A stretch of DNA of 64,000 nt from Octopus vulgaris (GCA_951406725.2 OX597835.1:46314001-46378000); one strand, 5' to 3'; positions 40,606 to 55,419 are shown, counted from the stretch's first letter. The notes: generated by a model from the sequence alone, not told the origin. A program made the numbers and translations.

Positions 40606-40966
40606 GTATATGTACATATGTATATATACTGTTGTGTCTGGGGAGAGGTATTCTCTTTTATAATTTCACACATTTTAGAAAAATAAGTAAATGAGTGGAA
40701 ATTTTACCGGTGTGTGTGTTAAATCATGAGGCATTAAAAGAGAAGGACTCTCCCCAGACACAACAGAATATGCTTCAACACACGAACTCATATAAAGAAA
40801 CTTGCAAACCAAATCCAAAAACCGATGTAACTATCCGTCCGATAAAATAAGCACTAGGCTGACAAAGATGCAAGTGCTGGGGTCGATTTGCTCTACTAGA
40901 GGCGATGCTCCAGCATGGCCCTAGTCAAATGATTGAAACAAGTAGAAGAATAAAAGAATATATGTA

Positions 40967-41029
<63 letters not shown>

Positions 41030-41197
41030 CGCATATTTGCCATTTGAATATGGCTAACCCCTAAGGGTGGATGCTACTGTAGTTTGTAGCCCCAGGAAGA
41101 TATCTCCTCCAGCTGGCTATATTCACACTATCTGTGCCCTATCAGTATTTGTGAAGGGAAGTCATCCTTCCCGTCTTCAACTTATGATACATATATA

Positions 41198-41414
41198 TAT
41201 ATACCAATTAAGGACTGAACACGAAAAGTGGACAGTCAACATGCTAGATATAGACGTCAAATCGCCAAATAGATATAGACGTCAAATCGCCAAATCGTCA
41301 AATCGTCAAATCGCCAAATCGCCATACAAACTCTTTGTGGAGAATGGCGATTTGACGTCTATATCTAGCATGTTGACTGTCCACTTTTCGTGTTCAGTCC
41401 TTAATTGGTATATA
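41198..41414. repeat. Foldback with perfect 70-bp arms and an internal 7-bp tandem repeat
   Basis: 41198-41267 is the reverse complement of 41345-41414; (CAAATCGY) repeats in the spacer. Confidence 0.92.
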
Positions 41415-42134
41415 AAAATATTTTAATCTTCGGATTCTTTTTAATATGCTAGACCACTGGTTTTAATTGACTAATATCAATTTCTACCCTTAATTAATTT
41501 TATATATATATATATAACTTATAAATAAGGGCAAACGGAAAGATTTCTAATGCCAAATATGCCGAAAATTGGACATATTGTCCATAACCATATAATTTTT
41601 CACAAAACGCACGCTACTCGAAAAAAGGCTGACAGAAATTTTTAGAAATTTCCATTATTACCATATCGGACCGATTTCATGTTTAGTTCGCAAGAACCCT
41701 CCATTCGTCAGTGATAAATGTGGCAAAGAAATTTATATACATATATATGTGCATGTTTTCATGTATCTGCGAGTGTACGCGCGTGCGTGTGTACATAATC
41801 CCAAATATTATTTTGGGATTTATGGAAGCAACTGTCTTCGAAGTCTCATGTTGCCGTTGAATACTCAGAATGAGGAGTAGATTGACAACCGACAATTGAT
41901 GAAGGATTCTTTCTCTGTGCTTACTTCTCCTGTTTTCCATTTTCTTTTCTCTCGTTGTTTGCATATTTAACTCGTTTGTTTTTGTACTTGATATTGTAAA
42001 TAAATGGCACAATGAAGTACCGATATTTACTGGAAAATAGCGAACGTAATAAATACGACGCTAATGTATAGCTTCACTGTGTATGTACTAGCAAAAATGC
42101 GTGTGTGCAACAAACATGAAAAAAATTGTCTTAC

Positions 42135-42149
42135 CTCTAGGGAGAACAT
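42135..42149 (-). other. Candidate 15-nt microexon
   Basis: tttcatttttcag|ATGTTCTCCCTAGAG|gtaaga. Confidence 0.35.
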
Positions 42150-42245
42150 CTGAAAAATGAAATACCTAGAAAGGGATAATGTGGTACCGGTTTCAGATTC
42201 TTCAAAATATGCCTGCCCACATATATTTGATTTATCTTCATCAGC

Positions 42246-42312
<67 letters not shown>

Positions 42313-42738
42313 TTTAGTACTATTTAATTGAATGCTACACATCCATTTCAAAGTTTATAGTGGTGTATATATAAAAAAAAATTTAAGGGATATACACACA
42401 TGTGTATACGGGTATTTGACTTCTCTTTCCTTTTCTGTGGTTTTAAAGTAAAGTAAAAGTACTACGTTTTTGATATTTCTCCTCTATTATGTCATAGAAA
42501 CAAGAATTTTGTCCTGTTCTCATATATAAGTGCGTTGCAAGCAAAATCGAATTTTGCAATAACTCTTCGGGTTATTTTGTTATCTACTTATTTATTTCTC
42601 ATTTTTTGTTGTTGTTGTTTTTTTTTTACATTTACTTTATTTTAATTCCATAACTTAACACACGTGTAAAGCTGCTGGATATTTCTGTACACAACTTTGT
42701 TTTCGATTTCGTTCAATTTTTCAATTTGTGCCTGTGTG

Positions 42739-42832
<94 letters not shown>

Positions 42833-45800
42833 GATCTCTGGTTCTCTTCAAGTTTGTTCCTCTAATTAAACACTTTCAAAACCAGCGTGATAAATATATG
42901 TTCACTGAATTAGCGTGTAGTATATAATAATTTTCGTTGTTTGTTTCTTCGAGTATTTTCCGTGTGTCTGGATGGGGTTTTATGTAAACGAGCGTATATG
43001 TACGAGGAACGTTTGCGAAGCTATTCTATGGGGTGGGGTTGAACTGAACAAATATCTACTGAGGAATGGTCGTACGGTTCTAAATCCGCACGATGGATGA
43101 ACTCTTTCCGAGTTGAAGATTTTTCTGTAGTTGTTTCTATCTTTTATCTTTCGCCTGTTTCAGTCACTGAACTGCGGCCACGCTGGGGCACAGCCCTCAA
43201 AAGATTAGTCGAACAAAGCGATCCGCGGACTTAATTTTTAAGCCTGCTATTTTTATACCAGTTGGAATTGTATAGTGGTAAAGCGATACTTTGGAGAATA
43301 TGGCGTATCTCTATAAACATGGGTCTCTACAGTCGCGTGAAGGAGACAGAATTAGAGAGATGGAGGGAGAGAGAGAGAGAGAGAGTGTGTGTGTGCGGTG
43401 GTGGTGGTGGTGGGGCGTATGTGTGTGTAACCGGTGTAATTGTATCGCGGGAGAACTATTCATTCAACTGTCATTAACTACCATCATTTTCATATTTATC
43501 AATTTCTGCTTCTTCTTGTATTCTTGCCTTTTGTTAACAATATTAAGCAGTGAACTGGTTGGGTGGTTATGGCATCGGATAAAATACATCGCAGTTTTTG
43601 GTTTGAATCCCTATTGTTCAGAGTTCAATTCCCGCCGCGATTCACTTCAACATTTCAATTTGTCGGCGTCAATGGATATGCAGAATTGCAGACCGTCGGA
43701 CTGGATACTTGTGGCTTTGTTTTGATTGTGCTCTGAGTTCAAATCCTGCCGAGATGTGACCTCAGTGAGTCGTAAACTTATCCGAATCCCCGTTTAATGC
43801 CACCATATGGAAATTTGTGTACCTTTAGCGGCGCGCAGTGTGTTGTAAGCCCTTGTCCAAGTTACTGTTTTTGAGAATACCTTCCTAATTATCTTCCACT
43901 AGACTTGGAACCCTGTAACATGTGAGGAAAGTAAACAGGAAAAATAATACCCAAAAACAACTCTTGTTCTATTATACCTAACCTTGTTTTTGATGCTTTG
44001 TTACTATTTAGCCTATTATAAAGCCTGATCAAGTTTACGACTTCAACGAATTTCTACACGAAACACGCTAATCCATTAGCAAGTCTTACATAAATTATTT
44101 TAAAGGCAATAAACAAGCAAAATAAATATGGGCGCCAGTTTCTTTAAAAGCAATTCAATTACATTGTTTATTATATTCGTGTTGTGGTTGATACAGTTCG
44201 CACATACAGGCGCACATACGGTACGGTCATGGAGACAGTAGTTGGGAGGAGAGAAAAGTGGAAAGAAACAATGATGAGCAAACCTGTGGTCGGTGAAAAG
44301 ATATTGAGCCGTAAACGTAAACATTCCATCATTCTAATGGCATGTACGTCTGTATTGCCTCAGGTCTCATTCTTCTTCTTTTTTTTTTGTTTTTGTAAGG
44401 TTTTGGGGCATAACTTGAAGCAAAATTTGACACAAGCCGCTCGTTCTAGAGGATTCTGTGACTCTACAGGTTACCTTTTCACTCCAAGTATTGAATTTGA
44501 ACATTTAGGAATTGTTTCCCCATGTAGGATGTTGTCTTTTGTTGTCATGGTTGTTGCCCTTGCTCGCCCCTGTTCTTCTTCACTCCGGATCCAGAAGGCC
44601 TATGCTGCAAAGCAACCAAACAGCGACGATTAATCTTCTTATAAAGTTATGGTGAATATAGGACGATATGAATTTCTTGTTTTAGTTTCTTCAGAAGACG
44701 ATATGGATTGACTTCACAGATATTTGACTGCTATTTCTATGAGATCGATAGAGTTTGCACAAACTCACTCGTCAACATCAATTCATCATACTCAGCTACA
44801 GATTTTAATCAACGGCTCAAAGTTGCGTGACGCCTTATTTTTATTTCTATTACTGCTTTGTTTTATTGAACTCGCATGCTTCGGTAAATCTCTCCAGCTA
44901 AATAGATGCGTTTCACTGATTAATTTAACCGGTTCTTTAAGGATGAAATGCAAATTTGATCTTGGCTTAGAAAGGTCGGAATCATTATCAACAACCTCGA
45001 TTATACCTCGCTTTAAAGAGGTGTCGCGGTATGGCCGTAGACTTATAAGTGAAACTTCATTTCTTACGCTCTAAGTAGAATAACAAGTAGAACGTTGCTG
45101 GGGTTTCTCTGGTCATGGAAACAAAGCGTGGAACGGTTGAAAAATAGAGAGAAACAATGATTCCATGGAATTCTCAAGTAGGAAACAAACGGAACATGAA
45201 ATGCAATCATCTGGTCGGAATGCTTACATCAGAGTGGATTCTGCGAAAAACACAAATGGGTTAAATCGTAGAATAAATGAACTAAATGATAAATCTCTCC
45301 ACTAAAGGTCAACTAAAACCAACAATTTAGGCTGATAGTATTTGAAAAGATACAAGTAATATTGGTGATAATCTAAATCAAACTAATCACAAGTTATTAA
45401 TTACTGCTGTAATTAAAAGGGTCTCTACAGCTAGGAAATCTAAAAGCTTTTTTCTTTTAAAGCCAAGAATGAATGTCACACAATTTCATTTCCTAGAGCC
45501 TTGCAACTTGTTGTAGTTGTTGTTGGTGTTGTTGTTGTTGTATGTTCCTATATCGAACCCTTGTGAGAAAGCATTCCAACTCGATGAACATCAATGTGAC
45601 TGTATTATGCAACAATGTCACTGACACAACCTTTTTTTAAATTTTAATTAAACGTCAATACATGATTTAAGAAAAATTTGGCTGCTATTTCTAGCAACTC
45701 GAGTTTTCACGTAGTTCATTTTTTTCTGGTTGTTCGTTTTAGGCTCGATGCCTTTAAGAGGGGGAAAAAATCAATTGAAACTATACAATGGGTTTTAGCT

Positions 45801-46931
45801 GTCACCTTTCATTTTATGGAGGGAATTATGCAACCATGTAGAGAAGTGTGACGCCAGAAATGATTACGTCAATAGCAACAACAACAACAATAAAGAAGAA
45901 CAACTACAAATTTGCAAGAGCAAGAACAGTGAAATATCAACAGAGAAAGTTTTCGGCATTCTGATAACAAATTAGTGCTATCGATAAATTTTGTAAAAGC
46001 TATGAATTGCAATAATGATGGTTTCAAATATCTGATTGAAATCATTTTGAAAAGTTGAAAGGTAACGAAGCCAAAAATTTAGTGAAAGTGTTCTCATTGG
46101 ATGAGAGGTACGAGAATTAATTCTTAGTGAAATATTTCTAATAGAAAAATAAAAAGCAAGTCAAAATACAAAGAAAAAAACAATAGCCCTTTAGAGAAAA
46201 TAAAAAAATTAGAAGCCTTTGATTTAATTCCTGAAAACTTTCTTGTCAATCTTAAACGCAGAGACTATGTCATTTTCGGGCAAAATTTATAAGAAACCTA
46301 CCAAGTAATGAGCTGTCATCAGAACGACTCTATCGTTAAATATTTATTTCCAGCGTTCCTGCTTTCTTTGTTTTGTTTTTCTTTTTTTACTTCGCCTTTT
46401 CCTATACGTTTATAATTATATTTTGCGTCCCTCTCAAAATTTGAAGAGGTTAGTTTTGGATATAAAGAGATTTTCACGCTCAGGGATTTTGTTTTTGACA
46501 TTTAAAAAAAATTATGTAGCAACTATTTTATGCAGATGTGATATGTGATTGCCGTTTCAGCCATAAAATGTTCCTCTAAAATGCCTTGCCAAATAAAGAG
46601 GCATTATTAAATCCTACTTTCAACATTCAATTAAGCGGATCCAAGCCTAGCTTTAACAACTTTTTACGTGGCACGGATGTGCAAACCATTTTCTTTTTTT
46701 TGTTTTTCGCTTGAGCCAGGACCGAGAATCTAAAGATACGATTGTGGATCTGTGCTGTAAACATATAATCCAAACGGTAAACATGTGGCAATTAAAATAA
46801 ATATAGTTTAGGCAAATAAACAATGAATTCCGATGATTAGGGGATCACATATTTCATCCAAAAGTGTATAACTGCTCACAAAATCACTGCTTCCGTATTT
46901 AGTTTTGCCTTATTTATTGCGCACACACACT

Positions 46932-47006
<75 letters not shown>

Positions 47007-47118
47007 ATTCAGTCGTATCGTACGGAAGCTTTCTACAATACCTTCCGGGAAACAAAGCTTTATAAGTGAAATTGATAAACAGGAAACCGGAAACTGTGTA
47101 AGCTCGTCATTATATTCA

Positions 47119-47482
47119 CCAGTGGTTAGGGCAGCGGACTCGCGGTCGTAGGATCGCGGTTTCGATTCCCAGACCGGGCGTTGTGAGTGTTTATTGAGCG
47201 AAAACACCTAAAGCTCCACGAGGCTCCGGCAGGGGATGGTGGTGTTCCCTGCTGTACTCTTTCGCCACAACTTTCTCTCACTATTACTTCCTGTTTCTGT
47301 TGTACTTGTATTTCAAAGGGCCGGCCTTGTCACTCTCTGTGTCACGCTGAATATCCCCGAGAACTACGTTAAGGGTACACGTGTCTGTGGAGTGCTCAGC
47401 CACTTGCACGTTAATTTCACGAGCAGGCTGTTCCGTTGATCGGATCAACCGGAACCCTCATCGTGGTAACCGACGGAGTGCT
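47119..47482 (+). mobile_element. tRNA-derived SINE family B, near full length
   Basis: Head matches 5306+; 3' end ...GCTGTTCCGTTGA...GTAACCGACGGAGTGC shared with 51585-51869. Confidence 0.88.
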
Positions 47483-47516
47483 TCCATCCACATATATTCA
47501 CACATACAAACATACA

Positions 47517-47551
<35 letters not shown>

Positions 47552-47751
47552 GGGCTTTTGCTTGCTTCTGCAACTATGTTGCGATCGGTGTTGGTTTGTT
47601 TTCGATAGAAGTAGCAGATATAAAACATAAATAGTGAGATCAATTTGTTCAACTAAAATCCAAGCATGGTAGCAATATCATGAATGAAATAGATAAAAGA
47701 TATTCACACACGCGCACACACACGCACACACACACACAAATACACACACAT

Positions 47752-47825
<74 letters not shown>

Positions 47826-47970
47826 TTATATATATATTGAGAAAAAGGAAGCGGTCAGAATTTCGGATAAAATTTTATTAATAAAGGATTATCCGAAATT
47901 CTGACTGGCTCATTTTTCACAATATACAATATCTATACACAACTTCAAACACACAAACACACACACACAC

Positions 47971-48079
<109 letters not shown>

Positions 48080-48249
48080 TAAATTAGAGATAAAACCACT
48101 ATTAGGCAAATCAAATAATGAAAAACTTAAGCCAATACATAAAATTAATTTATATTATTTTAAATATATATCAAAATTATTAAAAGTTTAATAAAAGATA
48201 ATATATATATATATATATATACTTTTTAAAGAACATTCTTAACAGTTAC

Positions 48250-48540
48250 TTCGAAGTTTCAGCCAGCTAAGCAATCTTCGAAAAGCAGCACCCGAGATCA
48301 GAAACCTCTTCATGGCAAATATATCGCTCATAGCAAACAAGCTGCGCTCTCGCCAGTGGCTTCGAAGCTCAGAGTTAAAGGCAGCGGGTGAAGACTTCAT
48401 TGCAGCTGCTCAACATCAATGCTTATTTGCCTGGAACTACGAATCCAATGTGGTGGAAAATGAAGTACATCCGAAATGCCAATTCTACCATGATGAGATT
48501 GAAACAATAGACTACTTAATATCTGTGTCGACATTGTAAA
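48250..48540 (+). mobile_element. R4/Dong-like LINE fragment (pre-zinc-knuckle region)
   Basis: SRQWLRSSELKA..EDFIAAAQHQCL...PKCQFYHDEIETIDYLIS matches the WL..LK..E..I.AAQ.Q.L..CR.C..ETI.H pattern. Confidence 0.7.
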
Positions 48541-49001
48541 ATTAAAACTGTTGACAAGTGATAGAGCATCACCCTACGGCTGTAACTGCGAGAACAAAAT
48601 GTAACGATATTTTAAAAACTTTACTGTACATACCAACCACATGGTTCTGGATTCAGTCCCTCAGGGTGACACCTTGGGAAAGTGTCTTCTAATATAGCCT
48701 CGGGCCGACCAAAGTTCAAGCCCCGATGATATTTCGACTTAGAACTTAGAACGATGATATTTCAACTATGAACCAAAAGAAATGCCGCTAAGCATATTGT
48801 CCGACGCACTGTAAAGTCTGCCACTAACTTTTATGTTTCAGATTTTGGTGCAAAGTAAGCGGTTTTAGTAGAAGGGGTTTGGGATTACGTCAATTTCAGT
48901 AGTTGACAGCAACATCATTTTAAGGAACACTATAATGATTAAAGATAAAGTCATCTGGGCGAGATTTGAACTCAGAACTTTGAGAGCCGAAATGTATAAA
49001 T

Positions 49002-49186
49002 AATACCTATTTCTTTATTACCCACAAGGGGCTAAACACAGAGGGGACAAACAAGGACAGACATACGTATTAAGTCGATTACATCGACCCCAGTGCGTAA
49101 CTGGTACCTAATTTATTGACCCCGAAAGGATGAAAGGCAAAGTCGACCTCGGCGGAATTTGAACTCACAACGTAACGGCAGACGAA
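49002..49186 (-). mobile_element. SINE family C, well-preserved 3' portion
   Basis: Minus GAGTTCAAATTCCGCCGAGGTCGACTTTGCCTTTCATCCTTTCGGGGTCAATAAATTAGGTACCAG... Confidence 0.85.
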
Positions 49187-49561
49187 GGTGCATTGTCCGA
49201 TGCATTAGCAGTTATATTTTCAAAGTCACCCAAATAATAATCGCATGGTATTCTGATTGAGAAAGAAATCTATGTCGTAAATCTTGAAGTTGCTAATATG
49301 TTGGTTTTCGACACCCTAGATTAAAAACTAAACATTCTGCAAACTTCAAGTGTATAATCGGATTGACAAAACAGATTATTTCGATGTCTGTTATATTTGG
49401 TTTTGACATAAAGATATCGAAATTTATTTCTGCCAAATATTCGAATAAAAACTAAGACATGTTCACATAATTACTTCTACATTATCTTGGCATTACATCA
49501 ACACTTAATCCGTCCTCATCATTCACCTGTAGACTACTATATACAAACATAAATACGTACA

Positions 49562-49628
<67 letters not shown>

Positions 49629-50812
49629 GAATGAATGAATGCTTAAATGCTTGTATGAACGTACGTATATATAAATATGCGTATGTCTCTCTACATATAT
49701 ATATTTATATATTTATGCATGCATGCATTTATGCGTGTAAATAAATGAATAAATGCTTATATGTATATACACACACATAAACATATAGATATACACACAT
49801 ACATTCACATATACATGTATGTATACATATATGTATATGTATGTATGTATTATGTATGTATGTATGTATGTATGTATGTATGTATGTATGTATGTATGTA
49901 TGTATGAATGTATGTATGTATAAATGGATATTTGTATACCTACATATCTGTATGTGTTGGGTGGGACTGTTCGTTTAAAATGTAAATAGCATTACATATT
50001 AACCCGAAGAAATTTCGTTCAGTTGGTTTTTGTGTCGATGTACGTATCAACAATTTTGAGAAGGAAAATCCTGTAATCGTTAAAATTACATTTCTTTCAC
50101 TTTGAAGCGATCACTCGATAATTTATACTTAATGTTTTTTAGCATACATCAGAAACTGTCTCTTATTATGCTCATAAGACAAAAGAACTGTATCAAAATT
50201 TTAAAGTTCGCAAGAAAAAATTTGGTTTGGTGGCGGCAAGTTGAAATAAGTTCATTTCTTTCGCTTCTGAGGAGATTACAGTGGGGAAAATGTAAATTTT
50301 TTTCTCTATGCCCATGAACGAAGCAGTTATATCTAATGTTGAATGCGGTGCCATATCGATTATTGTATATGGAATGCTGAAGGTCTCTCTTTTCATCTTT
50401 TCATAACGAAATATATTTGAAAGGAAAGTACTTTTTCTACATGTATCGCTAATAGAAACACAACTTCTGCTGGAGCATGCTGAGTTTTATATAAATTTAA
50501 TCTGAACCATATATGTGAGTGTGTGAGGGGATTGTTGGGTGCATGGTTTTTTGTGTGTATATACACTTACACAGAAACACACACATACACATACACATAC
50601 AAACATATATATTCATATACAATTACTAATGCATGAGTGTCTATCTTCTGAAAGAGTAAGAGATATATGTGTGTGTATGTGTGTGTATAGATATATGCTT
50701 ACATACATAAATACATACATACATGCATGCATACGTACATATATGCAAACATATATTGCGTAGCACCCGGTCGTCATTTCCCCTTTATTGACATGTAGAA
50801 TATAAATATTAC

Positions 50813-50864
50813 CCCATGAGATAAAAGCTGTTCTGTCGTTTGTAGCGACCCCGGAATATGTGAC
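50813..50864 (-). other. Candidate 52-nt internal exon
   Basis: ctttccttgttccttacag|GTCACA...CTCATGGG|gtaata in unique sequence; phase 0 reads VTYSGVATNDRTAFISW. Confidence 0.3.
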
Positions 50865-51584
50865 CTGTAAGGAACAAGGAAAGTGAGGCAACGTAGAATT
50901 AATCAGCTTGTAAACCGAGCTGGGCACAGCCACCATGGGTGGACAATGTGCTAGAAAGAGAAAACAAGCATGATTCAATCAAGACTCTGTTTACTTCTTG
51001 GGGTGCGCATACACATGCATATAAGCGCGCACACACAGACGCACATATATAATGGTGTTGTGGGTGTGTATCTTTTTACTTGTGTCAGTCATTAGGCCGC
51101 AGCCATGCTGGGCAGCGCCTTCCAAGATTTAGTAGAACAAATGCAATTCAGTAGTTAATTTTTTAAAAATTTAAGCATGGTGTTTATGCTACCGAAGTCC
51201 TTGTGACGTAAACAAATCAGCGCCAGTTGTCAAGTGATGGTGGGCGACAAACACAAAAGCACACACAAACACACACACACACACACGCACGCTCACGCAC
51301 ACACACGCACGCACACACAGATACACGCTCATACACACACACACGCACATACATACACGTATGCACACACACACATACGCACGCATACACACACGCACGC
51401 ATACACACACGCACGCACACACACATAAAACGCACATACACATACCCATACATACACGCACGCTCACACACACACATACACACACACGCACGTCCACACA
51501 CATACACATACGCATACACAAACGTGCACGCACGCACGCACACACACACACACAGATATATATATATATGTATGTATGTATAAT

Positions 51585-51869
51585 GAGGTCACGCGGCCTA
51601 GTGATTAGGGTATTCGGCTCATGATCGTAGGGTCACAAGTTCGATTCCCGGTGGGCTGATGTGTTCTTGAGCAAGACACTTTATTTTCCGTTCCTCCAGT
51701 CCACTCAGCTGGCAAAATGAGTCGCACCTGTATTTCAAAGGACCAGCTTTGTCAAACTCTGTGTCACGTTCAATCTCCCTGAGAAATAAGTGCACACTAA
51801 TTTCATTAGTAAGCTGTTCCGTTGAGCAGATCAAGTGGAGCCCTCCTCGTCGTAACCGACGGAGTGCCA
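51585..51869 (+). mobile_element. tRNA-derived SINE (family D head and core, family B tail)
   Basis: GTGTTCTTGAGCAAGACACTT...CTCCAGTCCACTCAGCTGGCAAAATGAGT core shared with 55420+; tail shared with 47305-47482. Confidence 0.82.
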
Positions 51870-52066
51870 GTATAGTATAGTAAAATACCGTTAGAATAAG
51901 TACTAGGCTTACAAAAACTAAGTTCTGGGATCGATTTGTACTCCAGAATGGCCGCAGTCAAATGACAGAAACAAGTAAAAAATTAAAAACAGAAAAGGAT
52001 ATAGATATATAGATAGATAGAGGATTGATGTCTCTTTCTTTCTTTTGTTATCTTACCGTTTTACCA

Positions 52067-52137
<71 letters not shown>

Positions 52138-52192
52138 CGCGCGCACACATACATACGTATACCGTGCATTTTACACACATATATATATATGC

Positions 52193-52229
<37 letters not shown>

Positions 52230-52391
52230 AGGGACTTCTTTCAGTTTCCATCTTTCAAATTTAATGATAAGGCTTTAATCAGCCTTAGACATTTGCCCAA
52301 AATTTCCATGTTGTGGGACTGAACCCAGAACCACGTGCATGAGAAGCAAGCTTCTTATCATGCAGTGTGTCTGTGTATGTTATTATTATTA

Positions 52392-52640
52392 TCATTATAT
52401 ATATATAAAGCTAAAATGCGAAAATTTTGTTTGTCTCATTTTGGGATTGGAACGGGTTAAGGGGCACTTGATGGGGTCGGATTGGCTCCAAAATCTACAG
52501 GGACATGTAAAATGAGGCGAGGTAGTGTGTAGACTGCTTTAGACACACCTATCTCAAAAGCTGTGGTTAACAGGGCAGCAAAGCCCACACTTTGACAAAT
52601 GATTGTCCTTTCTCCCTTTTGCATAACAGCCTGTCTTCCT
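52392..52640 (+). mobile_element. 5' part of the same putative Helitron family as 38563-39550
   Basis: A|TCATTATATATATATAAAGCT start; ~200 bp is the reverse complement of 39362-39550. Confidence 0.6.
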
Positions 52641-52654
52641 CCGTCTCTCTCTTT

Positions 52655-53610
52655 CCTTCCTTCCCTCCAACGGATACCTTAGATCCATTATAAATCGGAT
52701 TGAGTACCCAATACGTCCAACACGCCGAACACATAGGAAGCCCAGCTCCATATGCTTCCTTAAAATACCCCATTTTAGCGAGAGGATAACTACATCCATC
52801 CGAAGAGCCATACGAAGAGAAGGGCTAGACATACAACTAGCCCACTCTGGTCCCTCTCTGAGAGGACACCTCACTAAGAAACGAACAAGCGACAACAATT
52901 AGTGTACACTAACAAACTGTCCCATCCGTGACACATATTTATGCCAATGGGTAAATGTTGTGTATAGAATACAATGTAACAAAATGCAACAAGTTCTATG
53001 TGGGTAGCACAACAAGACCATTATACGTCCACATCAAACAACATCTGCACACGAGAGCTTCCTCCTTCAGAAAACATCTAGATAGATGCCGGAACACTGA
53101 CAAAAGCACAACAGTCACAATTGAGGCCAATGTAAGACATTTGGGTAATTTAAGAATTAAGGAAGCTATATTCGTACATAGACTAGGTCCCCAAATTAAC
53201 AACAGGCTGGAGATTAGTAATCAATACATTATTTAAATAACTCTGGATGCGTGTAGCTTCATTTTTGATAATATGCTCATCTGTAGTTTATAACAGAAAA
53301 AAAATAAGAAGAAACGAAGAGTAAAAAAAATAGAAGGGAAAGAAAGGAAGCCGCACGTTTAATACGTAATTTAGAAGCAGCACTACAGATGTACCGATAC
53401 ACACGGGATGGAGACATGACCGATCTCACACACCTCTGATGAGGAAATCTGGAAGGAGCATCGTGTGACAACTGCTGAGACACTTCCACAATGTAAAAAA
53501 GAAAAAACGTTAGAAAACCGATTATAGCAGCGACTCCATCTAAGAATATCTAAAGAAGGAATATTATTATGAAATATCATATCAGACTATGGAGGACTAA
53601 ATTACAACAG
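52655..53610 (+). mobile_element. Penelope-like element 3' fragment with GIY-YIG endonuclease (pseudogenised)
   Basis: FLKIPHFSE...CTLTNCPI...NVVYRIQC / KCNKFYVGSTTRPL..IKQH...LRIKEAIF....PQIN; stop and frameshift present; CTGATGA in the 3' region. Confidence 0.88.
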
Positions 53611-53966
53611 ATATATAGTCCATTGTCTGTATTATAGTGCATTTTTGTACCATTCAAAACTTTTTATTCTTTACAAACAATACACAATGCTTCAAGCGAA
53701 CTACAATACTCTCCTATATGTATATATATACACACACACACAGTGTTGGACAAAAGCACCCGAAAGTAAATCAAAATTCCATAAATACTTAATATTCAAT
53801 TTTATTTATTATAAATGTTTAATAATTGAATGCTGTGGGCTAAAATCACACTTTTTCTACTTTTTCAACATTTGTCTATTTATTTGCGAAGTCACATATA
53901 ATATAAGTTTTGGCTTTATTCTTGAAATTAAATGGTTTTGATTTACTGACAGGTGACTTTAGTGAA

Positions 53967-54033
<67 letters not shown>

Positions 54034-54052
54034 TATACATATATATATATGA

Positions 54053-54083
<31 letters not shown>

Positions 54084-54157
54084 TGTGTGTATGTATGTAT
54101 ATGTATATATATATATATGTATGTATATATATATATAATTATATATATGCGCCCCAG

Positions 54158-54201
<44 letters not shown>

Positions 54202-54234
54202 GAGGCGTGTATAATTGTATATATATATACATAC

Positions 54235-54266
<32 letters not shown>

Positions 54267-54555
54267 GTATGTATAGTAGGGCACATATTTTTAGGCGCTG
54301 TGTGGTAAAAATCTTGCTTACCAACCACATTGCTCCGGGTTCAGTCCCACTATGTGCACCTTGGACAAGTGTCTTCTACAATAGCCCTCGGCCGACGAAA
54401 GCCTTGTGACCCTGTGTGCCTTGTGTACTAACCATGAAAATATGCTGGATGACATTGTGAAATAGAAGGGGTTGAATTTTGAGAATGTGCCAGCCTCCAT
54501 ATTCTGCTTCGTTATAATTAATTATTGCATCTCTCTCTCTCTCTGTATATATATA

Positions 54556-54611
<56 letters not shown>

Positions 54612-54817
54612 CATACATATATAGAGAGAGAGCAAGAAAGAGAGAGAGTCAAAGATACATTTATGAATACATACACACACATATATATATGTGTGTGTGT
54701 ATATATATATACATGGTTGTGTGTTTTCAATCACACGTTTTCGGGTTCAAAGATAAATGTGAGCCTTTGTGTAAGTCTATGCATTAAAGCGGATCTGCGC
54801 ATCTTCTGCGATTGTCC

Positions 54818-54868
<51 letters not shown>

Positions 54869-54968
54869 TCCCCTCTCTCTCTCACTCCCCCGCTCTCTCT
54901 CTCACCCTATATCTCTTTGTTGTTCGTATCTCGCACACACCTGTACGCATAAACATACACATACGCAT

Positions 54969-55008
<40 letters not shown>

Positions 55009-55419
55009 ACACACACATACCCTCACTTCATCTCCTTTTCCTTGCTCCATCTGCAATATCAACACATCACTCATGAAAACCTGTGAGGAATTAATAGTTA
55101 TATGATATTCCAGTGATCAACCGAAACCGTAATTAAATCCCTTTGCTGTCACAAATCTGGACGCAACAAGGAATCTGGATCTCCTCTTTCAGATTTTACT
55201 CTGCTTCGTTTAAAATAGTCACATTTCGATGCATTTCGTCGCATCAGACAAATAGATTTCCTTTGTTCTTTTTTATGTATTCTTTCGTAATATCTCTTCA
55301 ATTTCTATGTTCTCATTGTTTTTATTATTATTTTAGAAAACGACCGGCCATTATTTTAAATTACTGCGCTAATTAGTATATCTTACTAAAATTGTATGTA
55401 TATGTATAGAGATAAATGT

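Noticed and set aside
44330-44640. 149-aa ORF or possible exon
   Set aside because: No recognisable domain; a weak minus-strand QYLG motif suggests a decayed retroelement
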